Source: Anaerolineales bacterium
Lineage (GTDB): Bacteria; Chloroflexota; Anaerolineae; Anaerolineales; RBG-16-64-43
DNA: 64,000 nucleotides
Assembly: GCA_035288225.1 (NCBI GenBank)
Contig: DATEAT010000007.1
Location: 4,828 to 68,827 of the forward strand
Direction of reading: 5' to 3'
The notes beneath the pieces are model-generated. The model ran no database searches, was not told the DNA's origin, and saw only the letters and a list, made by a program, of their open reading frames with translations. The position numbers were made by a program, and so were the translations under genes. Position 1 is the first letter of the stretch, and each line of letters opens with the position of its first letter. Positions 62,678-64,000 of the stretch are shown one piece after another.

Positions 62678-63199
62678 TCAGGTCGTCTTTTCGTGACGCA
62701 ACGCGGTGCCGCAACTCGGGCAGAATTTGTCGCCCACTTGAACCCGCGTGCCGCAGGCGGGGCAAAAGCCCGTTTTGCGCTTCGCCCCGTTCGGGGCGGG
62801 CTGAGCGCGGCGGGACGTTATTTCGGCTTCAAGCGCGGCGTCACGCTCCGCGCGGGGCACGCGGAGCGCCGTGATTTCGCGCTCAAGTGCCTGCTCTCGC
62901 CCGCCGGGTGCGCCGCCAGTCGTGCCGCGGGCCTCATCCAGCCGCCGCAGTTGATCGGCACCCTGGGCCACCAACTCTTGCCGACGCAGCGGGTATTCGT
63001 CCTCGGGAATCTTGCCCAGGGCGTGGTCGAAATCCAATTCGCGCAGCGTTTCGACCGTGCGGTCAACCTCGGCCTCCCACGAGGAAACCCCAACTGCGCG
63101 CCGTCCCGCGCCAGCCCTCTGCCCGAGCAGCGGCTGGGCCAGGAAGATGACAACCAGGATGAGGACGGCCAGCGCCGTCAGCAGAGCGGCAACGTCCAT
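62678..63199 (-). CDS. Single-pass membrane protein with C-terminal zinc ribbon
   Basis: N-terminal TM helix, the ELDFDHALGKIPEDEY motif, and C-terminal CPACG..(11 aa)..CPSCG. Confidence 0.55.
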   Translation of the reverse strand: MDVAALLTALAVLILVVIFLAQPLLGQRAGAGRRAVGVSSWEAEVDRTVETLRELDFDHALGKIPEDEYPLRRQELVAQGADQLRRLDEARGTTGGAPGGREQALEREITALRVPRAERDAALEAEITSRRAQPAPNGAKRKTGFCPACGTRVQVGDKFCPSCGTALRHEKTT

Positions 63200-63750
63200 T
63201 AGGGTTTCACCAGCGGATCGAGGATGGATTGGAGTTCATTCATTTCGATCGGGCCGATCTTCACGCGCACGAGCATGCCCTGACGATCGATGAAGTAAGT
63301 TTCCGGAACGCCGCGGATACGGAAGGCCTGCGAAATGCGGGTGCCCAGATCGGGTCCGTTGGGATAGGTAATGCCGAAGCGTTCGAGGTAGGCCCGCGCC
63401 TCGGGTTCCGTGTCTACGTAATCGACACCCAGGAAAGATACGCCCTGATCGCGGTACTTCTGCCAGCCGGCCTCCAGGGTGGCGGCTTCCTCCTCACACG
63501 GCTTGCACCAAGAGGCCCAGAAGTTAACGACCACCACCTGACCTTTAAGATCGGCCAGGCGGATGGTTCCTCCGTCAAAGGTGGTCAGGGTGAAATCGGG
63601 GGCCGGTCCACTTGAGACCGGGCCGGCTTGGGTGCGGTACAGGCCAAAACCCATCAATGCGAGCAAGGCGGCCAACCCGCCCCATAGCAGGAGGCGTCCG
63701 AAATTCCGCGCAGGCGGCGCGGGCGGTGGAGGAGCGGGCGTATCAGACAT
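63199..63750 (-). CDS. ccmG: Thiol:disulfide oxidoreductase, TlpA/DsbE/CcmG family
   Basis: VVVNFWASWCKPCEEE thioredoxin motif and N-terminal TM anchor. The stop overlaps the downstream start by 1 nt (TAATG). Confidence 0.8.
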   Translation of the reverse strand: MSDTPAPPPPAPPARNFGRLLLWGGLAALLALMGFGLYRTQAGPVSSGPAPDFTLTTFDGGTIRLADLKGQVVVVNFWASWCKPCEEEAATLEAGWQKYRDQGVSFLGVDYVDTEPEARAYLERFGITYPNGPDLGTRISQAFRIRGVPETYFIDRQGMLVRVKIGPIEMNELQSILDPLVKP

Positions 63751-63753
63751 GTC

Positions 63754-64000
63754 TCATTCTCGTCGGCGGAGTTCTTCTTCGATGCGGCGGGTGTAGTCGT
63801 CTTCGGCCGTGGGCGGCGGAGAGGCTACGGGCCTCGCAACGCGCCGCCAGGTGCGAACGGCGCGATAAACAATGTACGCCCCGACCACGAAGGCCAGCGG
63901 CGGTAACAGGTAGACCAGCAGGCTGAGCCCGCGGGCCGGCGGCGCGGCGAGTACGCGCGCCCCATATTGCTCGACAAAGTAGTTCTTGATCTCTTGCTCG
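63754..64000 (-). CDS. ccmH: Cytochrome c-type biogenesis protein CcmH/NrfF family, C-terminal part (5' end beyond the window)
   Basis: My translation: ..EQEIKNYFVEQYGARVLAAPPARGLSLLVYLLPPLAFVVGAYIVY.. This fits the CcmH C-terminal region plus TM helix. The CxxC motif would lie outside the window. Confidence 0.55.
   Translation of the reverse strand, partial: EQEIKNYFVEQYGARVLAAPPARGLSLLVYLLPPLAFVVGAYIVYRAVRTWRRVARPVASPPPTAEDDYTRRIEEELRRRE

Overview
High-GC bacterial chromosomal segment that is densely coding. The gene content is my guess at a Chloroflexota-like (Anaerolineae/Caldilineae-type) organism; no database search was possible. All calls rest on reading the supplied ORF translations for family motifs and reading the DNA for start sites, hairpins and repeats.

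Most of the window is housekeeping:
- two-subunit class I fumarase
- LCP protein, sortase, RNase HII, a GT2 glycosyltransferase
- LexA with a GAAC-N4-GTTC box
- FtsK, peptide deformylase, the dnaG-rpoD pair, ClpC
- a GH13 alpha-glucosidase, two sensor kinases and one response regulator
- SelA, an M24 peptidase, TsaD
- a System I cytochrome c maturation operon, ccmH-G-...-A-B-C-D

The standout region is 34.3-43.0 kb. It holds six translationally coupled genes, in this order:
- HdrA
- a 1140-aa HdrA with an inserted GltD/NfnB-like module
- MvhD
- two poly-ferredoxin-like FeS proteins
- an AsrB/NfnA-like flavoprotein

The cluster has no HdrBC, no hydrogenase and no formate dehydrogenase. Both HdrA genes carry an in-frame TGA in the motif TLDCAA-U-ILTPKM, followed by a conserved hairpin. 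I read both as selenocysteine, and selA lies 19 kb downstream. A Rex-like operator overlaps the predicted promoter of the cluster. I consider this a candidate undescribed flavin-based electron-bifurcating/confurcating complex.

Secondary points of interest:
- two paralogous 14-blade FG-GAP-type secreted proteins
- tandem NBR1-type Ig-domain lipoproteins
- a promoter / 12-codon ORF / terminator leader upstream of a small SWIM protein
- 9-bp tandem repeats flanking a GNAT gene
- a REP-like structured element present twice
- a diheme cytochrome c plus a zinc-ribbon protein inserted in the ccm operon

I found no rRNA, tRNA, CRISPR array, transposase or integrase.
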